A stretch of DNA of 64,000 nucleotides from the NCBI GenBank assembly GCA_965203175.1, contig OZ241867.1, positions 416,001 to 480,000 on the forward strand, in the 5' to 3' direction. A model generated the notes under the pieces. That model made no database searches. It saw nothing but the letters and a program-made list of their open reading frames with translations, and was not told the origin of the DNA. Position 1 is the first letter of the stretch, and every line of letters begins with the position of its first letter. The position numbers were made by a program, and so were the translations under genes. Shown here piece after piece: positions 9,770 through 19,085 of this stretch. Origin of the DNA: Candidatus Latescibacterota bacterium (lineage in GTDB: Bacteria > Latescibacterota > UBA2968 > UBA8231).

Positions 9770-10894
9770 TTAGAAGTAGAGTCCCTGATAAGTCCATTCG
9801 GACTGAAACCCCTGCCGTTTTGCAGTTGACATCAGAGGGTTCAACGTTTCGTGATAGGCGGATTTTAATTTACCACGATCCAGCAAATCCCCTAGCTGCT
9901 CAATATGCAGACCCGTAATGTAAGACTCGACTACCTTTTTCCACTTGTCATTGCTATACCTATTCTGGACTATGGACAGAGCAGTATGCTGAGTTTCAGC
10001 TAAGCGATCAATGTATTTTTTATCGGGAAGTTGATCACTCTTGGAACTATTTGCACCGGGATCAACGGGAATTAGATTCCACAACTGATCGTGGGCAACA
10101 AAACGCCAAGGTAAGAAATGATCTAATTCATAATCGCCACAGATCTTTCTGTCTGTGTATATGCATCGGATCTCTCCCTGATCAATTACAGAGTTCCAGA
10201 ACTTCCGCTGTGCATTAAGAGATTCTCTCTGATCGGGAGGAAACAATTTCTGCGTCACAGCAGGGATATTAGGATTGCGTCGCTGCATATAATCGGCCCA
10301 GTGCCACAGTGCCCAACCCTCAATAATTGCTTGGTGCCGCTCCAAATAAGCGATCCAATCTATATGCAGAAAGATGCGTTCCTTAGATTCGTCAAAATAG
10401 AACAATGGGCATCGTTCCAGAAACTGTTTAGCAGCAAGTTCGGGAATTTTTTGGTCTACCAAGTAATCCGGCATACCTTTGGTTTCGCGGACAAAAAACG
10501 GCCGCAAAATTCGGTTGGGGACATAGCGCATGAAGTTGTAAGTCTGCACTTTCTCATAAGAATCAACAACGATGTGATTGCGCAACGTCTGGCGTCCACT
10601 TTTCGACAGAACGTTTCGATCGTTGTCAGTATCTTGTATCTGTTTCAAAGCCAAAGAAATTTTATCCTGAGTACCAAAAGACAGTTTAAAAAATACATTT
10701 GGATACCAAGCGGTAACCAGCATCTCACTCTCTATATCTCGCAACAGAATACCTTTATCAATAGAGAAGCTTCTTTCCTTTATCAAAGTCAAAAGCGAGA
10801 GAAAAAAGAGATATTTATACGAATTTGTCGTATTCCTAAACAATCCACTCAGTGCTGCGATATCAAGTCGATCTGAATCAGGTAAATAGGACAT
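9770..10894 (-). CDS. HNH endonuclease with N-terminal putative DNA-modification-recognition domain
   Basis: C-terminal CIY...ELDHFLPW...DQLWNLIP...ANSSKSD HNH motif; N-terminal TTNSYKYLFFLSLL and YVP.R.L motifs; clearly AT-rich relative to the window. Confidence 0.85.
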   Translation of the reverse strand: MSYLPDSDRLDIAALSGLFRNTTNSYKYLFFLSLLTLIKERSFSIDKGILLRDIESEMLVTAWYPNVFFKLSFGTQDKISLALKQIQDTDNDRNVLSKSGRQTLRNHIVVDSYEKVQTYNFMRYVPNRILRPFFVRETKGMPDYLVDQKIPELAAKQFLERCPLFYFDESKERIFLHIDWIAYLERHQAIIEGWALWHWADYMQRRNPNIPAVTQKLFPPDQRESLNAQRKFWNSVIDQGEIRCIYTDRKICGDYELDHFLPWRFVAHDQLWNLIPVDPGANSSKSDQLPDKKYIDRLAETQHTALSIVQNRYSNDKWKKVVESYITGLHIEQLGDLLDRGKLKSAYHETLNPLMSTAKRQGFQSEWTYQGLYF

Positions 10895-10965
10895 GAGATT
10901 GATTTAGCTATCTTTTTTTTATTGCGATAAGCGCAGTATACGCTGCACCACGCTGGCCAATGCAT

Positions 10966-11739
10966 CTAAGAATCCAGCCCTACCCCCGGCGGCATAAAAA
11001 ATTCGTACTGCTCTGGCGTGCCGTAGCCTTCCATCTCCGTCAGCCGCACCCCCGTGCTGTTGAGCGCCGCCTCGACGATCCGCTTGTTGAAGGAGCTGAC
11101 GTTTTCATCGGCCAGATAGTCGGCCACCGGCATCCACAGACACTCGGCGATCTCGTCCTCTTGGATGCGAATCTCCGTGCTCAGCGGGCGCAGGCGGCAA
11201 ACGAAGTAAATATCCGACTTGCCGAATCGGTAGCCGTGCCAGTGGCGGAAGCAGACCAGCGCGTCGAACTCCGTCTCGACCCCGGTCTCTTCAACAACTT
11301 CGCGCACCACAGCTTCGGCCAAGTGCTCGCCCGCGTGCAACGCGCCGCCGGGCAATTTGTAGCGCGGCGGTCCAGACGCACGCCGATGGTACTTCTCGCT
11401 GACCACCAACAGCTCCCGCGCCTCGTTGAGCACCACCCCACCCGCGCCGATGTAGTGCGAGGCGTGGGCCGGCACATAAGCGCCTTCTTCCAGTTGCAAG
11501 GTCATCATTAGATAGCCATCGGTACTGTGGTGGAATGTAAACCCGGCTTCCACCGCTACGGGGATCAACGCCGCCTTGGCAATCGGAACCTCCAGCCAGA
11601 CGACCCGGTAGCCTTCGTCCTTCCAAGCCGCTAGCGAAATGCGCAGCCGCTCGGTAAAGGCCGTTGGATCTGGCTCAAGAGCCTCTGGTTTGGGAATGAT
11701 GCCGCCGAATGGATTAGTCGTTGCTGCAATGGGTTCCAT
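10966..11739 (-). CDS. Nudix hydrolase, NUDT6/plant AtNUDX-like with pre-Nudix N-terminal domain
   Basis: Nudix box GGALHAGEHLAEAVVREVVEETG; N-terminal SLAAWK...VWL...GFTFHH; FRHWH..FGKSDIYFVC. Confidence 0.88.
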   Translation of the reverse strand: MEPIAATTNPFGGIIPKPEALEPDPTAFTERLRISLAAWKDEGYRVVWLEVPIAKAALIPVAVEAGFTFHHSTDGYLMMTLQLEEGAYVPAHASHYIGAGGVVLNEARELLVVSEKYHRRASGPPRYKLPGGALHAGEHLAEAVVREVVEETGVETEFDALVCFRHWHGYRFGKSDIYFVCRLRPLSTEIRIQEDEIAECLWMPVADYLADENVSSFNKRIVEAALNSTGVRLTEMEGYGTPEQYEFFMPPGVGLDS

Positions 11740-11865
11740 ATCCCGCCTCCCTCAATGGCCGCTAGTGATAGCAAACCCCACTGGGCGTGTCAACCCGTCT
11801 AACTTGGCTCGCTGCCAAGCCGTACCCTATACTATCGCCCAACGCAAAAATACGAGGACTAGCCC

Positions 11866-13704
11866 ATGCAACGCACACTGCACAGAAAGCTCATCGGCCC
11901 CAAGGCCCATCGCCAACTCCTCGCCTTCCTCGGCGAGCACCTACCCCACTTCACGCCCCCCACGTCGGCTGCGGCTTGGCGCAAACAAATCCCAACCCTG
12001 CGCGCCCAAGTCCTCGACCTGTTCTTCCGCGGGCACCCCAAGGGTCTCCTCACAGAACAGCCGCAAGTCCACTGGGGCGACCGCATCAAAACCAGTGCCG
12101 GCTACACCATCCGCAAGCTGCGCTACGAGGGCTATCCCGGCCTCTGGGTCCCGGCCCTGCTCTACGAGCCGGACCAACTCGGAGAAAAAGCCCCCGCCGT
12201 CCTCAATCCCAACGGCCACCACGCCGGCGGCAAGGCCATGGACTACAAACAGGCCCGCTGCATCAACCTCGCCAAGCGCGGGATGCTGGCGCTCAATACC
12301 GAATTTCTGGGGATGGGCGAACTACGCGCCGATCTCGACCACAACCGCATCGCTCACCTCGACCTGTGCGGCGTCGCCGGCATCGGCGTGTTCTACCTCT
12401 TGATGAAACGCGGCCTCGACGTGCTGCTCGCCCACCCCAAGGCCGATCCCGAGCGCATAGGGATGACCGGCCTGTCGGGCGGCGGCTGGCAAACGGCTCT
12501 GCTCTCGGCCCTCGACGAGCGCGTCAAAGTCATAGTCCCGGTCGCCGGTCATTCAGCCGTCTGGCAGCGCCGAGGCTGCATCGAGGACATTGGCGATCAA
12601 GAGCAATGCCCAGCCGACCTCTGCACGATTGCCGACTACGACGTGCTCTCCGCGCTCTTTGCTCCGCGTCCGACCTTGCTCATATACAACCGCCACGACG
12701 ACTGCTGCTTCCAGACGCGGCGGGCGCGCAAATCCATCTACGAACCCATCCGACCGGTCTTCGCGCTCCTCGGCGCTCGCGACAACGTCGCCCTCCACGA
12801 CAACACCGACCCCGGCACCCACAACTACGAGCGCGACAACCGCCGCCAACTCTACAAATTCCTCAATCAACACTGGGGATTGGAAACACCAGACGACGAC
12901 CTACCTTACCGCGACGAATTGCAAACCGAAGAAGCCCTAGCCGTCGGCCTGCCCCCCGACAACGCCACCCTGATTTCCATCGCGCAGGCAGCTCTTGGCA
13001 AGATCAGAAAGCGCAAAAGAAAAGCGCGCCCTCCAGCGGCCGCGCGCAAAACACTCGCCTCATTACTCAAGCTGCCGCAGTGGAAGAATCGATCCCTGCA
13101 AAAAGTCGGCACCGCACAAAAGCGCAAAGACGTCACCATCCAACACTACCTACTGCACCTCGACGATACCTGGACTCTGCCGCTAACCGAATACACGCCC
13201 CCACGCCCCCGAGGCACTGAGCTGCTCATCGCCGATGCCGGTCGCAGCGTGCTCGCCGCCCCGCTAGCCACCGCTCTCGCGCAAGGCCGCCGTGTACTCG
13301 TCGCCGACATCTTCGCTACCGGTGAACTCCGCACCGACCCGCGCCACCAGATGCTAGTCGCCACCGCTGGCCAGCGCCCGCTCGGCATCCAAGTCGGCCA
13401 AGTACTCGTGCTGCTGGCAACGGCAAGCCAAAAGAGCCGTGTACTACACCTGACGGCTCACGGCCGTATCTGCCCGATCGTCGCGCTAATCGCCGCCGCG
13501 CTCAAACCCCAAGCCCTCGCCTCGCTGACGACCAACGCCCTCATCGACTCCCTCGGCCGCCTCATCGACTGGCCGCTGGCCTACGACGGTGCCCCGTCCC
13601 TTTACTGCTTTGGCCTGCTAGCCGAATTCGACATCCCCGACCTAATTGCCCTCTCAGCACCCGTGCCGCTCGCCGATCCCCATCGCGGACCGTTGCGCCT
13701 CTGA
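11866..13704 (+). CDS. Alpha/beta hydrolase (acetylxylan esterase/glucuronoyl esterase-like) with degenerate second domain
   Basis: NPNGH, nucleophile elbow GMTGLSGGG, APRP, GTHNY; RBS GAGG. Confidence 0.85.
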   Translation: MQRTLHRKLIGPKAHRQLLAFLGEHLPHFTPPTSAAAWRKQIPTLRAQVLDLFFRGHPKGLLTEQPQVHWGDRIKTSAGYTIRKLRYEGYPGLWVPALLYEPDQLGEKAPAVLNPNGHHAGGKAMDYKQARCINLAKRGMLALNTEFLGMGELRADLDHNRIAHLDLCGVAGIGVFYLLMKRGLDVLLAHPKADPERIGMTGLSGGGWQTALLSALDERVKVIVPVAGHSAVWQRRGCIEDIGDQEQCPADLCTIADYDVLSALFAPRPTLLIYNRHDDCCFQTRRARKSIYEPIRPVFALLGARDNVALHDNTDPGTHNYERDNRRQLYKFLNQHWGLETPDDDLPYRDELQTEEALAVGLPPDNATLISIAQAALGKIRKRKRKARPPAAARKTLASLLKLPQWKNRSLQKVGTAQKRKDVTIQHYLLHLDDTWTLPLTEYTPPRPRGTELLIADAGRSVLAAPLATALAQGRRVLVADIFATGELRTDPRHQMLVATAGQRPLGIQVGQVLVLLATASQKSRVLHLTAHGRICPIVALIAAALKPQALASLTTNALIDSLGRLIDWPLAYDGAPSLYCFGLLAEFDIPDLIALSAPVPLADPHRGPLRL

Positions 13705-13714
13705 AGTACAACCC

Positions 13715-14791
13715 CTATCCATATTTTTCCCGCAGGTACCGCGCCGCCTCCACCTCGTTTTTGAGCTTGGTATAAACCTCGTCGATATCGACCTTCGCCG
13801 CCGATCCGGGAGCGAATCCGCAGTCCGGGTTGAGCACCACCCGCTCGGGTGCCAAGAACTCCAACGCCTGCTCCACCCGCCCGACGATCGTCTCCGGCTC
13901 GTCGACCTCGCCCGGATGCACCCCTACACAACCCAAGCCGATCTCCAAATCCTCGCGCAGCGCCTTAAACACCTCCGCATCCCCTGTGCCCGGACTAGTA
14001 AATTCCATAGTCAGATGGTGTACCTTCAGGCGATTGAGATAGGGGATGATCGGGCCATAGTCGCCGGTGTGACATGCCTCGCCCCGGACCCGGGCACCCG
14101 CGCGGCGGCACAAATGCACGGCCAGGCGCACCCCTGTGGCTCCCTCCACCACCGCATTGGTCATCGCCACCGCAAAGTCGGCTTCGGCCTCGGGGTCGTC
14201 ATATCCGGCTCGCACCTCGTCATCGACGAGCAGACATAGATGCGGATCGTCGATCTGCACGATATCAGCACCAGCCTCACACAATAGCGCCAACTCGCGG
14301 CGCAGAATCGGTACACAAGCCTCGACGAATTCATTGCGGGTCGGATAGGCTCCGCGCGATTGTTCCGCATCCCACATCCGCTCGCCCAATAGCGCTGGCG
14401 CCGGCAAGGTGGCCTTGATTTTGCGCGAGCTAACCCGCTTGAGAAATTCTATTTCCCGCGCGATAAACCCCTCGTCTTTCGGCACCAATTCGCCCGTGAC
14501 AATGGTCCACGGCCTGCCGTCCGCATTCCGGCCCAGCTCAAAGCCATGCGCCAATTCGGCGATCACGCCGATGTACGAGGCGCGCCGCCATTCGCCATCG
14601 GTGATCACGTCCAACCCCGCCGCCTCCTGCAACGCCACCGCATAGGCCACCGCCGCATCCATCACCTGCCCCAACCGTTTGGCGTCCATTGGCCGCTCAC
14701 CCGTCACCGCCTCGCGCACAAAATCTGGTCGCGGCAGCGAGCCGACCACCGCCGCCGGAAAGAGCGTCTCGTAGTGTTGACGCGTCGACAT
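13715..14791 (-). CDS. Cobalamin-independent methionine synthase II family protein (single-barrel MetE-like)
   Basis: VVGSLPRP, DGEWRR, VQIDDP, Zn ligands VHLC, E, NPDCGF; ATG at 14791 with GGAGG RBS. Confidence 0.88.
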   Translation of the reverse strand: MSTRQHYETLFPAAVVGSLPRPDFVREAVTGERPMDAKRLGQVMDAAVAYAVALQEAAGLDVITDGEWRRASYIGVIAELAHGFELGRNADGRPWTIVTGELVPKDEGFIAREIEFLKRVSSRKIKATLPAPALLGERMWDAEQSRGAYPTRNEFVEACVPILRRELALLCEAGADIVQIDDPHLCLLVDDEVRAGYDDPEAEADFAVAMTNAVVEGATGVRLAVHLCRRAGARVRGEACHTGDYGPIIPYLNRLKVHHLTMEFTSPGTGDAEVFKALREDLEIGLGCVGVHPGEVDEPETIVGRVEQALEFLAPERVVLNPDCGFAPGSAAKVDIDEVYTKLKNEVEAARYLREKYG

Positions 14792-14792
14792 A

Positions 14793-15557
14793 TCAGCCTC
14801 CGTATTCGTCTGACCAGCGCGCATTGGCTAGCGCGACGTCCTCTTCGGTGTCGATTTCCATATACTCGCCATCGGTAGTCACCATGTGCAAGACCGATCC
14901 CGCGTCTATCATTTCCTCGAAGAGATGAATCAGATACGCCTTTTCGAATGGCGTGCCGTCCCTCCAGGTCTGCCCGGCGTACTTTGCCTTCACCCGCTGA
15001 TAATGCGCCCGCAAAGACCGCGCCCCGGCCGCGCCAAACCGCGCCACGCCGATATACTCGCCGCTGGCCGCTGACCCAGGCATAGCGCGGTTGATCGACA
15101 CGACCCGATCGCCCTCGGCCACGACCTTTTCGGCATCGTCTTCGGGGTGCTGGCTGCGATCTACATAGCGCGTACGCCAATCCGTATCAACGCAGAGCGC
15201 GATATCGCCCTCGTGCTCCAGCGCGCGACGCACAACCGCAGGACGGTAGAGGATATCGGAATAGGAACAGACAAAACCATCGGCCATATACTCCTCGGCG
15301 CAAAAGAGCGAAGCCAAGATATTATTGTGCTGCCAGTCGGCGTTGTGGCAATAAGTCAGATGCGGGTAGTCGGCCTGGATCTGCTCGATGCGATAGCCGC
15401 CGACAAAGACCGGCGTCTCTAACCCGACCGCGGCCAGCGCCTCGAGCATCCAGTCGAGAATCCGCCGCCCGCCGATGCGCACATAACACTTGGGCTGCCC
15501 GTCGGTCAGGGCGTTGAGCCGGCTGCCGCGGCCGGCACCGATGATGATGGGGCGCAC
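14793..15557 (-). CDS. Phosphocholine cytidylyltransferase (LicC)-like NTP transferase
   Basis: IIIGAGRGSRL...PK, YSD, EIDTEED motifs; GTG at 15557 preceded by AAAGGAG. Confidence 0.85.
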   Translation of the reverse strand: MRPIIIGAGRGSRLNALTDGQPKCYVRIGGRRILDWMLEALAAVGLETPVFVGGYRIEQIQADYPHLTYCHNADWQHNNILASLFCAEEYMADGFVCSYSDILYRPAVVRRALEHEGDIALCVDTDWRTRYVDRSQHPEDDAEKVVAEGDRVVSINRAMPGSAASGEYIGVARFGAAGARSLRAHYQRVKAKYAGQTWRDGTPFEKAYLIHLFEEMIDAGSVLHMVTTDGEYMEIDTEEDVALANARWSDEYGG

Positions 15558-15596
15558 TAGCTCTCCTTTTGTTTTTATGCTTAGACCGGTACGCAC

Positions 15597-15625
15597 AAAA
15601 CGGCCTGCTGATTTCCAGCAGGCCG
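15597..15625 (-). terminator. Intrinsic terminator downstream of the Uma2 gene
   Basis: Perfect 10-bp stem CGGCCTGCTG / CAGCAGGCCG with 5-nt loop, followed by TTTTG on the minus strand. Confidence 0.75.
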
Positions 15626-15647
15626 CTACGTATTCTTACTTACAGCA

Positions 15648-16199
15648 CTAAGCGAATAACGCCGCGACCGCTACCTTCCATCCCGGCACCACCTCCCCAC
15701 CCTCCAACACATCGCCTTCTCTCAATACATCCACAGCATCCGGAGTCCGATGCACCGCCACCGTCCGCTGCTGCGGCTCGACGACAATCACCATCTGCGT
15801 CCCTGCCGCCAACCAATCGGCTACCTTTTCCGCGACCTCCCCGTAGCGGTCCCCCGGCGAAACCACCTCCACCACCAAATCGGGCGCTCCCGGCCAATAG
15901 CCCACCACCCCGCCGACCGCATCCAACCGCGCTTGGCACACGAAAGCTGCATCCGGTGCCCGCACCGTATCCGGGTCCGACGCCAGCCGGAACCCCGTTT
16001 CCGCCGCATAGACCGCTCCCAGTCGGTTCGCCAGCACGTGCTGGCCCAACGATACGGTCACCAACGCGGCAATCTTTCCGTGTTCATTGCCCGCAGGCGT
16101 CATCTTACGCACCTCCCCGCGCACTAGTTCGTAGCGAAACCCGTCGTCCGGTAGTCGCTCTAAGTCCGCCGCTGTGGCAATATGTTCGATAATTGTCAT
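15648..16199 (-). CDS. Uma2 (DUF820) family PD-(D/E)XK-like endonuclease
   Basis: RYELVRG, H, RAPDAAF, APDLVVEVVSPGD, K...W...G. Confidence 0.92.
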   Translation of the reverse strand: MTIIEHIATAADLERLPDDGFRYELVRGEVRKMTPAGNEHGKIAALVTVSLGQHVLANRLGAVYAAETGFRLASDPDTVRAPDAAFVCQARLDAVGGVVGYWPGAPDLVVEVVSPGDRYGEVAEKVADWLAAGTQMVIVVEPQQRTVAVHRTPDAVDVLREGDVLEGGEVVPGWKVAVAALFA

Positions 16200-16335
16200 G
16201 GGCTATCGTCCTCACCCCTACGGCTTCAGATGCGAAATACTATACGGAATATACCTGCCGCCTTTTACTGCCACAACCTCAAGTGGAGAGCATTGCCCTA
16301 GCACCTTATATTGAACTATTGCTATCATAGAAAGG

Positions 16336-17613
16336 ATGAATATGTCCGAAAAACTGCCCCTTGCCATCGTCGGTTGCGGCGGCATGGGCCACCGCCATCT
16401 CTACGGTCTCGCCGAGTTGCAAAACGCCGGCCTGTCGCCCTTTGAACTGGTAGGTGCCTGCGACCCCAATCTCGACAACGCCCACTCGCTCGCCGACCAA
16501 GCCGAGGAGCGGCTGGGCACGCGCCCTCAACCGGTCAAAGATCTCGCCGAACTAGCTTCCGTCGCTCCTGTCCAAGCCGTCGATATCACCACCCTACCGG
16601 CCCATCACCACACCGTGGCCATCGAGGCCATGGAGCGCGGCTGGCACGCCATGTGCGAAAAACCTATGGGGCTTACGGCCCGCGCCTGCAAACAAATGAT
16701 CGCCAAGGCCCAAGAGACTGGGTGCGTCCTCTCAGTGGCTGAAAATTACCGCCGCGACCCAGTAAATCGCCTCGCCAAGGCCCTGATCGACGCCGGTGTC
16801 ATTGGGCGTCCGCGCCTGATGCAGCAAATTGCCATAGGCGGCGGCGACGGCATGCTCATTTCAGTGTGGCGGCACCAGAAAAACGCCAGCGGCGTCCTCC
16901 TCGACGTGGGCGTTCACTTTGCCGACATCATGGAGTACTTCCTCGGCGAGGCCGACACGGCTTACGCTCAGACGCGCCTGCACGAACCAATCCGCAAAAA
17001 CCCCGTCGCCGGCCGCGCAGACGCCAGCAGCGGCTCGCCAGGCGGGGTGTACGAACGCTGGCAAAAAGACATGCCAGCCGAGTTCGAGGCCACCGCGGAC
17101 GACGCGGCCTACGCCACCATCCTCTTCAAAAGCGGCGCAGTCGCCCAATACATCGAAGACCACGCAGCCCACGGCCAAAACCAGCGGCAGCGCTCTATCC
17201 ACGGCAGCCTCGGCTCGCTGGACTTGCCCGGCGACCGCTCGGGCAACCGCCTCACACTCCACCTCGACGGCGCAGACCCCATAGACGACCAAGCCCTGCT
17301 CGACCTCGTGCCCGATCACCGCCTCGACGAAGTTACGACCGCGCTCTTTGGCGGCGACCGGCTTTTCGAGTACCACTGTCCCTTTCCCGAGACCGACCGC
17401 AAGCTAATCGCCGTCGAATACCACGAACTCGGCACCTGCATCCAACAGGGGCAACAGCCCGAAGTCGATGCCCGGCAAGGCGCTCGCTCTGTGGGCCTGT
17501 CCTACAGCCTGCTGGAGTCGCAAGTCGCCGGCCGCGCGCTTTCGGTCGATGCGGTCTGCGACGACCAGATCAACGCCTACCAAGCCGAGATCAACGAGCA
17601 TCTGGGAATCTAA
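16336..17613 (+). CDS. Gfo/Idh/MocA family oxidoreductase
   Basis: IVGCGGMG, CEKP, AENYR, DVGVHFAD; start could be 16342. Confidence 0.9.
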   Translation: MNMSEKLPLAIVGCGGMGHRHLYGLAELQNAGLSPFELVGACDPNLDNAHSLADQAEERLGTRPQPVKDLAELASVAPVQAVDITTLPAHHHTVAIEAMERGWHAMCEKPMGLTARACKQMIAKAQETGCVLSVAENYRRDPVNRLAKALIDAGVIGRPRLMQQIAIGGGDGMLISVWRHQKNASGVLLDVGVHFADIMEYFLGEADTAYAQTRLHEPIRKNPVAGRADASSGSPGGVYERWQKDMPAEFEATADDAAYATILFKSGAVAQYIEDHAAHGQNQRQRSIHGSLGSLDLPGDRSGNRLTLHLDGADPIDDQALLDLVPDHRLDEVTTALFGGDRLFEYHCPFPETDRKLIAVEYHELGTCIQQGQQPEVDARQGARSVGLSYSLLESQVAGRALSVDAVCDDQINAYQAEINEHLGI

Positions 17614-17616
17614 ACT

Positions 17617-18417
17617 ATGGCCGCTATCCTCTGCCCTCGCTGCCACAAGATCGTCAGTTCCGACGCCGAAACCTGCCCCCATTGCGGCCAGCGCAAACCC
17701 GGACTGTGGGGCGCGACGGCCACCATCCGCAAGCTCGGCCTACAGCTAAATTTCCCGCACTTAATCACCGTGTTCTGCGGCGTGCTCTACCTGCTCGCGT
17801 TGGCTCTGGAGCCATCGGCGATTTTTCAGACGCACAGCTTGATGCACATTCTCTCACCCAGTAACCTAGCCAGCTTCAAACTCGGCGCCTCCGGCACCGT
17901 GCCCATCTTCACTTATGAATTCTGGTGGACGCCGATCACCGCCATCTACCTACACGGCAGCCTGCTGCACATCTTCTTCAACATGATGTGGGTGCGCCAA
18001 CTTGGTCCGGTTGTAGAAGAACTCTTCGGCCCCTTCCGCCTCTTTGCGATCTTCACGATCGCCGGCTTCACCGGTTTCCTAGCCTCGACCCTAGCGGGCC
18101 ACGAACTCACGCTAGGTGCCTCCGGCTCGATCTTCGGCCTCTTGGCCGCAGCCATCGCCTACGGTCGGCGCGCCGGTTCCCAGCTCTTTACCCGGCAGTT
18201 TCTCCAGTGGGCGGTCTTGCTTTTCATCATGGGATTTGTGATGCCTGGCGTCGATAACTGGGCGCATGGCGGCGGCTTCGTCGGTGGCTATGCAGCGGCG
18301 TATGTCTTCAGCCGCAGTTCGGAGCGCGAGGGCTTGGGAGCTTATCTGGCCGGTGGTTTGTGCCTGCTGGCCACGGTCGGCGCATTCTTCTTGCAGTTCA
18401 TCGCCGTGTTTCTCTAG
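17617..18417 (+). CDS. Rhomboid family intramembrane serine protease with N-terminal zinc ribbon
   Basis: CPRC..CPHC; H..LLHIFFNM; catalytic GASG and AHGGG. Confidence 0.92.
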   Translation: MAAILCPRCHKIVSSDAETCPHCGQRKPGLWGATATIRKLGLQLNFPHLITVFCGVLYLLALALEPSAIFQTHSLMHILSPSNLASFKLGASGTVPIFTYEFWWTPITAIYLHGSLLHIFFNMMWVRQLGPVVEELFGPFRLFAIFTIAGFTGFLASTLAGHELTLGASGSIFGLLAAAIAYGRRAGSQLFTRQFLQWAVLLFIMGFVMPGVDNWAHGGGFVGGYAAAYVFSRSSEREGLGAYLAGGLCLLATVGAFFLQFIAVFL

Positions 18418-18425
18418 CCTGCTTC

Positions 18426-19085
18426 ATGCCCGACGAACTCATCGCGCTCTTCAATGGCCAAGGCCGTCCCATAGGCAGCAAAAGTCGCGCGGCTGCGTAT
18501 GGCGACGGCGACCGCGTCGGCTTGGTCTTCGTCTGGGCGGCTTGGCGCACGTCCTCCGGCGTTGCCCGCACCCTCTTGCAGACCCGCTCGCGCCCCGGCG
18601 ATCCCTATCTCGGCAGCCTCGACGCGCCAGCCGGCGGCCACATCCGGGCCGGAGAAACGCCCACAGTAGCGGCGCACCGCGAATTTGCCGAGGAAGTCGG
18701 CATCGCACTGACACCCGCCGAATTGATCTTCCTCGGACGGCAACCCCTCCAATACACCGGGCGCTCTGCCATGCAGTTTTTCTATCTCTGCACGCGGCCT
18801 ATATCACTGGGGGAAACTGTATTCAACGAAGAAGTAGGGGCTTTCGTCGAAGTCGCCCTCGACGATTTCGATGCCTTGGTTTGCGAACGAACTGCGTCGA
18901 TCAAAGGCCAAACCCGCTACAGGGAAGCACCAAACGAAATGAGGCCACGGGAAATTACGCCCGCAGCCTTTGCCGCCTACTCCGAGCCGATCATGGACGC
19001 CATCCGCCGCTCAGCTAGCGCGGTCCGCATCTATCTCAATACTGAGCAGATCGACGCGACTATCTGGCCGCCTGCGACCGGCTGA
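18426..19085 (+). CDS. Nudix hydrolase (isopentenyl-diphosphate isomerase-like fold)
   Basis: LLQTRS, AGGHIRAGETPTVAAHREFAEEVG; ATG at 18426 directly after the rhomboid stop. Confidence 0.8.
   Translation: MPDELIALFNGQGRPIGSKSRAAAYGDGDRVGLVFVWAAWRTSSGVARTLLQTRSRPGDPYLGSLDAPAGGHIRAGETPTVAAHREFAEEVGIALTPAELIFLGRQPLQYTGRSAMQFFYLCTRPISLGETVFNEEVGAFVEVALDDFDALVCERTASIKGQTRYREAPNEMRPREITPAAFAAYSEPIMDAIRRSASAVRIYLNTEQIDATIWPPATG

Noticed and set aside
8140-10960. Islet as an IS, prophage or integrative element
   Set aside because: No transposase or integrase, terminal inverted repeats or flanking direct repeats were found by eye.
11787-13220. 477-aa alternative-frame ORF (and similar Arg/Pro-rich ORFs such as 16866-17864 and 61088-62503)
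   Set aside because: Low-complexity off-frame or antisense products of GC-rich genes that have clear family motifs in another frame.
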